Positions 34,770-47,959 of a stretch of DNA of 64,000 nucleotides are shown here, in pieces; position 1 is the stretch's first letter; each line of letters starts with the position of its first letter. The stretch comes from Sphagnum compactum (lineage: Eukaryota): positions 11,904,001 to 11,968,000 of the forward strand of contig OZ234494.1 in the NCBI GenBank assembly GCA_965153455.1. Direction: 5' to 3'. The translations under genes were made by a program, and so were the position numbers. The notes beneath the pieces were generated by a model. It was not told the DNA's origin and did not search any database. It was given only the letters and a program-made list of their open reading frames with translations.

Positions 34770-35436
34770 CTACAAATGGAACTAAGGATCTCATAAACCT
34801 AGAGAGACATTATCTTTTCCCATAAGAATCACTAACTAATTGAAGCAAAAAATTTGCAAAAATCTCCTTTCAACCCTGTGTCTACATACATATTTTCCTG
34901 CCATGACCACCTGAAAAACAATAGAGGAGAGAATTGTGTCCGGAGTCACATTTGTCCAAGCAACTTGAGGTTTTGATAAGGTTATAAAAAGCATGGGTGC
35001 GGTCGAATGGACCCCGCACCATCACCGCAGTTGATGTTGATTCAAACTAATAGTAGACTTTGGGGAGGGAGGGGGGCTAGTATAGCGAAATAAGTGCATA
35101 CCTTTTTGTCCCACATCCTAAGTAACTGGTATTTCATTTTGGCCCTGATGATGACCGGCTTGTGAGGGGTAAAGGTCAGGCCAAAAATAGTGATAAACTT
35201 ATTTGGGAGAGGAGAAAGTTCATGCAGCTAATGGGAAGGCCCATTTTTTCCTTTTAAGTTTGGGGGGCGGGGGATTTAGAGGAGGATATTTTTTAGGTTT
35301 CCCTGGTTCCATTATGTTGACCATCCCCCACCATGCGCTCATTTTGACTGGGGCCTTCAAGGGAAAGGGGGGGTGTGGGGGGGGGGGGGTCGAGCTAATC
35401 ATGAATTATCGCATCAAGCCATCGACACCCATTTCT

Positions 35437-35680
35437 TTATAGTAGTAGACAGGTAGGAGCAGTGAAAATATATGCCACAGCAGTGGAGGCGTTCAAGAAA
35501 AAGGAAAGAAACAGGATGAAACCCAGTTTACCACCCCAAAAAAATGATGTTTTTATGAGTTGCAAACCCCCCCCCCGCCGAGAATTCTTTGTCTTTGGTA
35601 GGTTTTTAAAAAATTCACTCAGTTTTGGACCAAACTCAGGGTTCTGGTGCTGGGTTTTCCTGACTTTACCGATTTCTCTC
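35437..35680 (+). repeat. Left arm of a long inverted repeat pair (partner 42541-42779)
   Basis: TTATAGTAG..GTAGGAGCAGTGAAAATATA..CAGCAGTGGAGGCG and CCAAACTCAGGGTTCTGGTGCTGGGTTTTCCT match the reverse complement of 42541-42779. Confidence 0.8.
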
Positions 35681-35849
35681 AAAGTTGCAACAGTTGAAGA
35701 GATTCACTGACTTAGATGAGCGGTTAGGAGTGTATGAAGATGCCTCCGAAGATCGAGCATAAGTGACACACCAAAATTCACACCCAACTACAAGGAGCAC
35801 ATACAAAACCTAGACTTTCCAAAGGAGAGGTCTCATTGTTTAGTGCAAA

Positions 35850-36500
35850 GAGATATCTATGGTCCTACAACGTGGCCCAACATGATCCACGGCATGATCC
35901 CTAAGGTATGGGTGGCAGATGCAAGGAAAAGCCTCAGCAGACCACCCTTTCTGTTTTGCTATGGTACCCTAGCTAACCTTGAATTTGATCTAGGATATTG
36001 GGAATGGGAAGCTCAAGGGACACTCATAGAATACACACACACACACACACAACAACAACCAAAAACAAAAAAAATGTAAATAATTGATTAGAGATCGACA
36101 AATTTTGACCAAGACGATACTTGAGAAATGGGAACCACTTCTTCCCATAGATTTCAAATGTAGATGGGACAATGTATGGTTGAAGATGAGCGAAAAAAGA
36201 CATCAGATTCATTTGGTCTATGTGGCACAAAGCAATTGTAGTTAATATGTGGAGAGCAAGAGTGAACTTAGAGATTGAGGCTAAATGCTACTCATGCAAT
36301 CTCAATACTCTAAAACCCATCTTGCATATATTTTGGGAATGTGAAAGGGTTTGCTAAGCAAGGACTTGGGCGCTTACCTTTTTGCACCCAATTAAAGTTC
36401 CCTTTCAACATGGAAAGGCCTCCAAATGAAGCCCTAACTTTGTTTTAATAAGAGGTTACCCAAGAAAATCAAAGCATTCAGCTCAATATGGACCCTACTT
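35850..36500 (+). mobile_element. L1-like LINE ORF2 C-terminal remnant (zf-RVT zinc knuckle)
   Basis: 36211-36372 translates as IWSMWHKAIVVNMWRARVNLEIEAKCYSCNLNTLKPILHIFWECERVC*ARTWA, a CxxC..H.F.C pattern typical of L1 ORF2. Confidence 0.7.
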
Positions 36501-36829
36501 CATGGGGTTAGGAATTGCATTAATGGATGATTTTTTAGTGTCTCTTTGGCCTATGTAGCATTAATGCCATGGTTGGCTTAGGTCCCTTGCAACAACTGCT
36601 CGGATCCACAACATCTTTTAAACAAATATTTTATTAATCCACGACTCAATGCCCATTCAATGATACATTACCTAGAATATAGAGTTGTAAGGATGACAAA
36701 AATTATGGAAAAATCTAGGCCAACACAATTGAAGTTGAAATTTTAAAAACCTTTTTTTTTCAGTAATGCACTTGGATGTAATAAGTCCAAGCATTTCCAA
36801 ACTTGTATTGCTTTTATTGTCTTGCTTGT

Positions 36830-37265
36830 CATTGTGGTGGTCTTGTTGTTGTTTTAATTAGCAACTATTCACCATCACCCTCTTGATTTTATCATCTTAT
36901 GGTCCTAGTTGTCGTGGTCATCACGATCTTTTTAATTGCTAAAGTTAAAAACTACTTATCATCATCTTTTCAATTTTGATGATCTTGTGGTCATGCTTGT
37001 TGTCATGGTTTGTTCATTGTTGTAACCAACAATTATCCACATTGCCCTCACGATTTTAATGATCTTGTGGTCTTGGTCATTGTCATGGTCTTTTCATTGT
37101 TGTAGCCAACAACTACCCACCATCACCCTTTTGATCTTAATGATCTTGTGGTCTTGCTTGTTGTTGTGGTCTTCTTGTTGTTATAGGCAACAGTTGATGT
37201 TATGCCATTTTGATCTTGATGATATTGTGGTCATATTTGTTATTGTAGTCTTTTGGTTGTTACAC
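36830..37265. repeat. Degenerate tandem repeat, about 5 copies of ~80 bp
   Basis: TTGATGATCTTGTGGTC..TTGTTGTCATGGT recurs at ~36880, 36975, 37053, 37130 and 37210. Confidence 0.75.
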
Positions 37266-40029
37266 ATAATAACAGGATGCTAGTCCACAAACCTGCAAGC
37301 ATGAGCATGAACTGGCGAACATGAACGCATGAGCAAGATTGAATCTTTAAAAAAATATTTTTGTCTATGTTGATAAAATATTAAAAGAATTTTTTTTGAC
37401 ACGTAGGACAAAATATTTGCTGACGTGGAAAAACATTTTGCCACATGTCCATGGATGAATGATCTTTATGGATGAAAATATGGATGAATTTTATTCTGAA
37501 CGTTGGCAACAAACACTATCCAAAAAAAAACATCTTACTATAAAAACCTTTGTTGATGTTCATTTCTAGTATTGTTTAATGGCAATGCTTAACATATGTT
37601 CATATTGGTCAAATATCATAATACACAACTAGATTTGGCATTGAAGGTGATGAATAATTTATTTATTAGAATGCATTTAAAAAATATAGTATATAGTTTT
37701 CTGAAAAGATTGACTTACTATATTGTGTATCTTTCTTGCAATTCTCTTTGGAATAACCACTTCCACCTTGAAAAGTAAGTCAATGTGGTTTCCTTTGTTA
37801 TGTTCCTTAGTCACCATTTCCAACAAACCCACGACCCTCTCCCCTTGCACCATGGATGTGCAACATAAAAACATAATCCTTGATATCAAAGTGCTAGAAG
37901 AAAATATTTATGTTGTTTTTTAAAAGCAACATCACTAGGCATGCCACTTGCTTTTGTTCAAAGCTTATGAGTGGCATATATCAAAAGACATTACAAGCAT
38001 TCCACTTTTAGGTTTCCACAACTTTTGATGATGGGAGCTCAAATTTTCATATTTTCAACAAATTTCAAGCAACCCCATAATTTGGAATTAACTTTCAAAA
38101 CTTTTTAAAACATTAAATTTCAGCACAAAACTATATAATTGAATTCATATTTCACTTTTCAAGCATTTTCCAATAAATTAGATTTCATTACATTATGAGC
38201 AAGGTTAAAAAAAAATTCTATTGAATTTTGTGATAGAGCCAAATTGGCATTCATCCATAAGAAGATTTAACCAAATATGGACCATATATGGAAAAAGAAA
38301 AAATTAAAGATCATTGTGTATTTTGGAAATCTATTGGAACCAGTTGAAAATTGGTGATTAATTTTTTTTTAAATTTTGCATTTGCTCCCCCCCCCCCAGC
38401 CCAATTTGGCAAATTAGTTTCATTTTTTCACAAAAATCTTTTATATGTGTCAAAATTTAAAAAATGAAAAACTCTTCCAAAAAACTAAAACATAGCTACT
38501 GTTGGACCTAATAGGCACGTTCAATAATGATGAATGTCATCACTTTGATCCAACTATATAATATCAAACACACATTGTGAAATATATATATTTTTGATTT
38601 TATGAATCATGCTAAAGGGTTGTGTAACCCATCAAAATGAAAAGAATTTGGGGCATCACACATTTTTAATGTAGGTTCGTGTAAGCTTGCCTTGTGCTCC
38701 CTTTTTAGGAAATTTTATTTGTGTTTTATAATAAAAAAAACCACATCCTCATTGAAAGTGTCTAAATTGAAGATTTTTTACCTTTAGAAATTGGAAGGTA
38801 AATGCCTATAAGGAGGATGCCACATAAGAATGGGGATATCATTTGGCAAAAAAAAATCAATATAAAAAATGTTGTTGTATGAAATGTGTATATGTGTGTG
38901 TGAAAATCATGGTATTTCTTCATTTTATTTTATGGTGGGCAATGTACAATCTATCAGGTATTGAATCACTAACATTCATATTAACACATATTGTTTAATG
39001 GCTTATACACCCATTTATAGATTTGATAAATGCATTAATATGTGAGAAATTTTCCATCATCCTAAATTCTATTCATTGTATGAAAAGAAATATCTGGCTA
39101 TTTAATTATTTAGGGAAAACATTCAAATTGAAATATTTCACACGATCTTTTCATACATAAATTTAAGTTAAAATTATACACCATATTATGAAAATTTTAT
39201 TAAGTGGAATTTTCATTTTTGAGTTGTAAATAGCTTTTCAGAAGTTTTTATAAATGAATTGAACTTCTAATGTTGTACATTTACTATTATCATATGGCTA
39301 CATTTATGCAAAAAGATGTAATTAATCACACTACATTGGACATTTTTACTTTTGTTTTTTCACATTCAAAATTAGAATTGTTGGCAAATTAATGAAAAAT
39401 AAAATAGCCACTCCAAAAAACATGTTCATTTTCAAGATATCTTGTCAAAATTTTCCCCAATTTTCCCCATGATACCCAATGTGTATCATGGGAAAAAAAG
39501 ACATTTTCTGCCAATGCTTTACATAGGATAACACCCTTCATGTGGAGCATTTCATATCATTGTTAAAATCATCATTCAAATTTTCAATTGAACATTACAT
39601 CTACTAAATTATAGTGATAAATAATTAAGAGTTTCAAAATAAAGGCCTATGATCATTCTAGAAAAGAAAATAGTGTTATGTAAATAATTACATCCAATGT
39701 TTTGCATTATAGCTAAATCCATAGAGGAGTTTTTTTGATTTGCCCCTACATGGAGATCAAAACTATATATATAAAATTTTATGATTATATATATATATTT
39801 GAAATGATTAATCATAAAATTGAATCTTTCAAAAACTGAAAAGTTGAATATAATCTTTCGAATTTTGAAAGATTTAATAAAACAGAGATAAATCTCAAGT
39901 AAGTTAAGAAAAAGTCAAACAAGATAGATTTAGGCTCAAGAACAAGGTGAAAATACAAAGGAAAAAAAGTGCCAATGCTTTGCATAATTAAGTTATCCCT
40001 TAGCCAAAATTGTTCGGTCGCAATTTCGG

Positions 40030-41080
40030 TTGTCAAGTCCAAGTTTTTAGATTCCTTGTTGGCGATCTAACTTTGATGCAAGCCTTATCCCACTCTTGTT
40101 GACCCTTTTTGGACTTCTTTGTTGAAGTTATAGTCTTTCATATTATTTGTTGGGCATTTTTCAATGTCATTTCTTTGGTGCCAATACAAAGTTTAACATC
40201 ATTGATAAAATATTGACAAGCTTTGAACATCGCATGTCCAAAGCAAGTCCTCATAATATGGTACATCCAATTGCAATGATTCATAAGAAAATACAATAGA
40301 AAAGGCAAAAACTAAATGTGTTCAAATTCAAGCTCTCATTCTCCACATATGTCAAAAATTTATTTGTCAATTTGAATTGGGCTAGAAATGGTTTCACAAT
40401 CTTTAGCAAAGTAACATAAGTAGTGTAAGGGGTTTCAAAAAGACCAACAATAATGTGTTTAGGAACCCATGTATCATCAATGAAATTCACAACTAGTGTA
40501 AAAAAGTTAAAACCACTTTGATTCATTCACAAATCAAAAGTCACTAATTATAACACAAATAAACATGGTAGGCAACACATATGCATCCATGGTCTTTTGT
40601 AACATGGGAGGAATATGTTCCTTCATTAATTGCTTTCAACATGGAAACCTCATTTTGTTGTCCCTATTCATAACAAGATGGTGAAACTATGTCAATTCAA
40701 CATTAAACATTGCTATGAAACCTTTGCCAATATACAAACTGAATCTTCGATGAACCTTAGTTGTGCATGGTCACCTTTTTCTAGCAATTTCTCTTCAAAT
40801 TGTTTTTAGTGATTGTTATGCAATTGTTTTCCTCTTCTTTGTTGACCTCGAAAATCCCCATTTTCAAGTTCCTTCACACACCCTTGTACTTCATCAACTT
40901 TGCAAAATGTTCATGCACATAATGTTTTTTCATATCGGTTTTACCATACAAGGGATTGTATTGAACAAGTCCCTTTCTATGGCATGTGGTGCTTTGAAAA
41001 CTTGATGTAGATGTAAACCAATCATAGACGCTTGATTCGGGGTGGCAAATGACACACCTCATCATTTGAATAGTAGCCAT
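40030..41080 (-). mobile_element. hAT-family transposase remnant
   Basis: BED-like finger (MRCVICH..KTDMKKHYVHEH), catalytic-region segment (MNQSGFNFFTLVVNFIDDTWVPKHIIVGLFE), and a CxxH motif (TCFGHAMFKACQY..KKSKKGQQEWDKAC). Many frameshifts and stops. Confidence 0.8.
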
Positions 41081-42540
41081 TTCATGTCCCTAGTCCTTCT
41101 CATAAAACAAAAAAAACCCCAATTACATTCCATTTATACAACAACAGTTAATATCTTTGGTTGACCTTCAATGTAAACAACGACACTATCCATTTGGCTT
41201 GTGCTTTAGTAGATAGTAGTTCATCCCAATTTTCAATGATGTCAAACACATGTTTTTCCATAAGTGTTTTCCCTTCTCCTATTGCAATTCAAAGGTACAA
41301 CCTATCTCCCCCTCGTTCATCCCCCAAACTATATTCAAATCCAAAATTTGAAATCTTGTTCATGATTCCGTGAGCTTAAATATTACAAAGTATAAACCTT
41401 TGACGTTGATGCACATGAGACACAAGACTTGCAAATGAAAGTAAAGAAAATCAAGTACCCATAAATTGTAAACTAAACTTCAATTTGATTGATAATTCCA
41501 AACAAAAAGTATGAGCTCTAACATCATCAAACATGAGGATGTGATTCTTTATTAAATATGTAAGCACTTTTTCCACATAGTAAAATTTTGAACTTTGACA
41601 ACACATTGTTGAATTTGGGAGCAAATTGTAATCTAATGTTGAACATGTAGTTTCACACATTTAGTAAACCCACAAAGCAAAATTGCAATGACCATAAACA
41701 TAGTGACACTAAACAAAACTATTGACACTAACCATCATGCACACACATTTAAAAAAATCACATATCAACACATGATTGTGCAGAACTAGCCAAAATTTCA
41801 TTCATTCATTCATACTCATGAACATATACAACCCTAACAACCATTTGACGTTAAACAATTACATCGACTTTGAAATAAATACAACAAACAACAAATAGAT
41901 GTCTTTTGCCAACCTTTGATGTTTTATGTTTCCATTGCAAAATGCAAGTTCCAAAAGATGTCCATTTTGTAGGTCCAAAATCCTTTTTTATTACTTAGGT
42001 TACAAGCTTTGTGCTTTGTAGTTTTGCCCCCTTTCTCATTATTTGTTACTTGATATTAATCACTTAACCCTAGTGAGCAATATCTAGGACATAGGAACTC
42101 GGTGTGCATTACAAAGCAAGTTCCTAAACATCAAAGGCAATACCCATGACTAACATGAAAAAAAACCCTAAGTCTAAGTACCAATCGCAATATTACAGAT
42201 GTCGAGACCAAGCTGGTTTGTTATGAGTCAGGGTATAGTAGATCGGAAGACTAGACTAGTCTGATATGAGCTTGGGTATTGGCAAGACCTTATACCAAAC
42301 TGGTAGGGTTTTTAACACCAGGGCATATACCCGAGTTGATACACTGATTTATCCCTATATATTCACACAACACTAGTATATAACCTGATATTGTGATTAA
42401 TACACAAATTAATACAAGGGCTGGTATTGGTATAATACAGCTGGTATTGCTTCAGCTCATACCAGACTGGTAGGGTCCTTGCCACCAGCCCTTTTTTTTT
42501 CTGGTAAACTGGTGCAAAATTAAAAGAAGAAACTTAGAGT

Positions 42541-42779
42541 TAAAGTATCCATAAAATAAGGAAAACACAGCACCAGAACCATGAGTTTGGTGATAAACAA
42601 AGGTGAGATTACCCCCCCCAAAAAAAAAAAAAAAGGTGCAAAAATTGCATTAACATTCAAGAGGGGTGAAACTCAAAAAAAAAAATCATCCAATTTAGCT
42701 GTCTTTCGGTTTTTCCTGAGCGCCTCCACTGCTGCTGCTACCTATATTTTCACTGGTCCTACTTGTGCAGCTACTATAA
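42541..42779 (-). repeat. Right arm of the inverted repeat pair (partner 35437-35680)
   Basis: GGAAAACACAGCACCAGAACCATGAGTTTGG and CGCCTCCACTGCTG..TATATTTTCACTGGTCCTAC..CTACTATAA. Confidence 0.8.
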
Positions 42780-45700
42780 TTAGCCTCGAACCTTGTGCAT
42801 TAAATGCCGAGCTTCAATTTCATACCATATGTGATAAAATTTCCTTACTTTGCGGATACCACTGAAAAAAAGGGTTTGGGGGTGAAAGGAGGCCCAAAGA
42901 CAGGGTGAAAGACAGGGTGACTTCTAACCAGTGTTGAATCTTGATACGCTAGCTGCATTCATTCGCTTCAATTCTTCTGTCGATCTCGATCGATTTCCAA
43001 GGATTTGCAGTAGCCATTGTGATCGTCCCTACCAACTAGTTCTTCCCGATATATGCGATCTGAAGAATTGTGTAGTCTTCCGTCTTCGACATTTCCAGCT
43101 TTTGAGTGAAGTTGAAGAAAAGAGCCGCTGTTGTTTTCGAGAGCTGGATCGCCGAAGTTGTAGCTGCGAAGGTGGGCGGAGTGGGGACCACTACTTGTTC
43201 GCAGGACGGATGTCCGTCGGTACAAAGAAACACAAACTTTGCTTTGTTGTTGTGCTGAAGCTTCTCTTTGACGCAACTTTCAGTATACATACAAAGGACT
43301 GTGTTTTTCTCTATAAACGGAGCTGCAGCTTCATTCCCAAGCTGCAATTGTTCTTGCCCACCCTCACTTTAATTTTCTCTCGTCATGTCCTCATCAAAAA
43401 TAGCCACATAAATCCTCCTCCTCTTCTGTCTGCACTGATTCTTCCTTCCCGGAGGAATCACTACGCTTTAACACAAAGATTGCTGTACAAGAACGTAATT
43501 TGCTGTTATCAAATCTGGGCTTTCTGTACAACAGCAGCTTGTTTTTGTTTAGAACTTGAGTTTAAAGCTGATCAACTTGAGATCTTGTCGTCGTTGAATT
43601 CAATGGATTCAAGCTGCGCCATGACTGATGCAGCCCGACAAAAGGTCATGTGCAGCGCTCATGCCTGCAACTTCCCAATGCTGGTCATGGGTCTGAAATC
43701 CCTGAACCAGAACAGGATCAGGGCAAGATCAAGGCTGCAATGCAAGAGACAACTGCGTGCTATCAAATCAAAGCAAGCAACTAGTGCAAGGAGAGCAACA
43801 AGGCGGAACAAAGTCCACATGATCACAAATACTACATACAAAAGTTGCTGCAAAAAATTTCCATTTACTCCTTTCAATAGCACTTCGTTTCTGATGAAAC
43901 AACACTGGAAGAAGAATCAGGTAAATCTTCAAATGGAAATGATCTCCCTTGACCTACAACAACAGATACATCAATATGGATCCATGATCAGAGTCTTGAG
44001 TCTCCATTCTTTTGCTGCACATCATTTATGGCACTAAAAGAGCTCGACATCAAAAGTTCTAAGAGGTCTCGAGAGCTTGAGCTAACAATTGTAATAATAT
44101 CAAGGCCTCCTCCCCCAAAACCACAAGGCAATGAAATCGGTGACAAAATTCTTTGCAAAACTTTTACATTCTCCTCTCCTCATTTGGGATTTGCTTCTCC
44201 CACAATAACAACAAATTATCAAGAAATGTCTCCTTGATCTAGAGAGAGAGCTTGTTGGTGCTACTTTACATCCAATTCTAGCAAGGTATTGTTTACTTTG
44301 CTTTGCTTTGCTTCCACCCTTCAAGTACAATTGACCTAACAAAAATTCTTTAGCAAAATTGTTGTGCATCTTAGTCTTTCTTTGCTTGTTGTGTCCACAA
44401 CACAAATGGATCAAGAATTTCTCATTAACAAAGCTTGTACAAAGCCCACCCAAATCTATCACATGTATATCCGATCTACCGGAAATTGTAGAAGATTAGA
44501 TCATATTCGATTTTTGATCAGATATCAAAAGAGAAATCATACTCGTATTCTTTCTTAATTCAACCATATGATCATCATCATTTTGTCCATTTTTTTAGGA
44601 GAATATAGAAGGTTATGTTGAAGGTTTGGGTTTTGGTTTTGCTCTTTTGAAGTCTCTTGAAGAGATGTAAAAAACTTAAACCCTAAATAATCCCAAAAGG
44701 ATGTAAGAATTGGGTGCTTTTGAGTTTGATACTTTGCAAGTGCAAATATGTCAACCATGTCTGTCAATCTCTTGTGATGAACTTATCATCTTGTATTTCT
44801 TTGAAATTTTCTAAATTAAAAAACTTAGTTTTCAAGGGATTTTCAACTTCAACTTGTGAATTGTGTTGTTTGAAATTTTTTTAAACAAAATTTCAAATGA
44901 TAATGTGAAAGTGTGGTAAAGTATACAAAGAAAATAAATTGCAACAAGTTATTATTGCTTGCAACATTGTTTACAATGCTTACAAGATCAAATGGTTGTT
45001 GACAATTAAGAAAATGCATGATCTTTGTAAGAAAAGGTGTGTCATGATGTAATGTTATCCTATTGTTGTCCCATGGTAAAAATTTCTATTGTCATACACA
45101 TGATTCTCTTCAACAAGGATGCATGTTGTTCAAAAATTTGAGAACATATGTTATGTTCATTGAGATTAACCATTATAACCACATCCCTAGAAATATTTGT
45201 TGGTAGTTGAAGTTGACTTCAAAACAAGAAATGAAAGGAAGGGGCAAGGATGCTTGCTTGCTTATTTGTTTGTGTGTTATTTTTTAAACTCATACTCTAT
45301 TGCTAATCATGTTAATTGTAGACTTTGATTAATTGGATGCTGTTTTTGTAACTCATATTTTAAAATGTTGCTTCAATCAATTTAGTGATTTTAAAATGGT
45401 TCATGAAATGGTTCAATGGCCAAGTAAATCTATGTGAATTTTCATGCTTTGATATGTGGATGATTCTATTGAATGCAAAATATGTGTTTTTTTTTTGTTC
45501 ATTATGGTGAGAGTTAAGAGGTTCATTGTTTGAAAAATAGTCATCAATAATTTTTCAAAGATAATTACATTTGAAAAAAGTTAACACTAATTAAAAAATT
45601 CATAAAATTGAATGAAAATGAACAATGAACTTCATTGAGAAACTATTATAAATGAAGCAAGTTAACACATGATACTTTTTATAACTTTTATGAATAGTTG

Positions 45701-47959
45701 TAAGCTTTTTACATGTGATTTCTGAACTAAGATAGGATGGATTGATATTATTTGTGATAATTGGTTTTCAACATAAGTTAAACATACCATAAAACTCTTG
45801 TAATAAAGATTTGACAAATGTCTTTAGCATTGGGGTGTTTAAACATGGAAATTTTGTATTGATATAAAGGTACATAAATTGTAACAAGACTTGTAATGTG
45901 ATAACATTCATGTAAGTACATTGATTATGTGAACAAACTATTTTTTTTCTTTTTAATTTGTTTATTTCATTAAGTTTTGTTGCATATGGCCTTAAGAAAA
46001 AGATCTTTTCGCCCCTTAGATAGATATTATCACCAAAAAAGTCATACAATATCTTTTTTTAAGTGTTTTATATAGAAAAACTTGACTATCATTTTGGCAC
46101 ATCATGTTAACACAGACCTATTTTTTATCCAAAAGACCACAAGGATTTCCAATCAATTCATATATTAAGCATCTTCATCTCCATTTTGCAATCATGTCAC
46201 AAATTCAAGTTTGATTTTGCAAGAATATTAAATTACTATCTTTGCAAAGATTTTTTTAAAATTTGAAAAAAATTTACAAATGTGCAAGTTGGAAGGCGAA
46301 AAGCAAGAAGGTTAAAAATTGAAAGATTGTTTCACAATTTTACTTGAAACTCTAAAGCTACAAATTATGTGGAAATCACAAAGTTGTTATTAAATCATGT
46401 TTTAGGTGAAAAACCAAGTAATTATCCTTGGAATGCAAATAGTTAACCTCTAACATATTTGGAATTTTGAACATGATTTCAATGTACACATTAAAGTTGA
46501 TCTCCTCATTCATTTATATTCACATTATGCTTAAATTACACTAGAGTTAAATGTAGACATACACACATTCAAGTTGATTTCTTCAATCATTTGTTCAATC
46601 AAGCTCTTTGTTCATTGTAGATATATATTAGAATCCATTTTCCCTAGTCATTTCTATTCACAATTTACATGATTGAGGTAAGTTAGAGTTGAATTGTAAA
46701 CATTTATAGAGAAAATTAGCTTCAAGGCTACTCTTTCACATGCAAACATGTCGAAGCTTTGTCACCAAAGCCTCGTACTAAAACCTCTTGTGATGATTTT
46801 CTTACTACTCCGTGTGAATTGCAAATCCTTTTGACCTCGTTCTCAATCATTCATTCATAATTTGTAACCCTTTCATGTGAGAGATTAGGAGAATGAACTA
46901 AAATTTTCAATGAAAAGACCGCACTTGAACTACTAAAATGATGATGAAAAAATTCAAAGCGTCATCTCCAAAATGTGAGACAAACAAGTCAGAAGTGGGG
47001 ATGCTTGGGATGCTTCATGTAGAAGCAAGTTGCAACCCTAAAGTCCAACCTAACCCAAAAATTTGGGTTGATGGATGGATGATTTCACATGAGCCTCACA
47101 CGAAGGTTGATTTAAAGTCCAATCACATTCATCCAACGAAAGATAGTGAAAAAAAATGCTGCAGATTGAGCTCACTAAAAGCTTAATAGAATTTTTTAAA
47201 AATTATTATTATTATTATTATCACTTTTTGTCAACTTAATTTTCTCAGAGCATCTTTTAATTGACTAGAAACTTCTTCTTCTTATTATTACTATTACTTT
47301 TGTCACACCCTAACTAATTATTTTTATCTAATATATATTTTTCGTTTTTGACAAAAAAAATGGAAAAAATGGTTTTTTTCTAGTGTAATTTCGACTTAGT
47401 TTTGTCAATTTTCAGAAAAATTCGCCAAACAAAACCCCCAAAAGTTGGATGCTTTTTCTGGCCCAGAAACTCATCCATTTTTTTGTTTTGTGTCTTGATG
47501 TGTCTCATCCATCCATCCATCCATCCATTCATCCATCCCTGTTGCATCTCTCTCTTTCCTTGCGGTTTGTTCCGTGTTCGTGTTTTCCTCGTGCTTTCCT
47601 GGTCATCTCCAGCTTTTCGCGGAGAACGAGCTCTCGTTCCTCGGGTTCTCATGTTTTGCGGGATCTCTTTCTCTTGATTTCGAGCTCAAAACATATCTGT
47701 AAATGTTGTTGTCGATGTTGGGTCTTTTTTCTCAAGTGCCAAAGTCGTTGCTTTTGGTCTCTGGAGTGGGAAGAAGTTAGGTGAGAAAAAAGCGAGCAGA
47801 ACAGATTGAGCCGCACCAGCAGCTAGGATCGACCTTTGCTAGGGTACTAGAGAGAGAGAGAGAGAGAGAGAGAACTACTCCTGAACAGCAAGCAAGCATC
47901 AATGATCATGCCTGTTGTTTTTATTTGAAATAGGGATTTGCTGGGTGTGTAATTTAGGC

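Larger units (their letters stand above)
28146..34912 (-). mobile_element. Helitron (rolling-circle transposon), decayed, with probable captured host gene fragments; 5' boundary uncertain
   Basis: Contains a Rep/helicase pseudogene. The minus-strand 3' terminus is a hairpin CATTTTGC-AA-GCAAAATG (28160-28177), 10 nt, then CTAG followed by T (28149-28145). Confidence 0.88.

Noticed and set aside
43328-43338. miR166-like GCTTCATTCCC
   Set aside because: Only 11 nt match, the 5' half is absent, and no hairpin is evident.
44500-47400. Short ORFs in AT-rich tracts (also 20.6-21.3 kb and 55-57 kb)
   Set aside because: Low-complexity F/I/K/L-rich translations with no motifs or splice structure.
47803-47823. 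miR171-like sequence GATTGAGCCGCACCA
   Set aside because: The 3' part diverges from miR171 and I see no hairpin partner.
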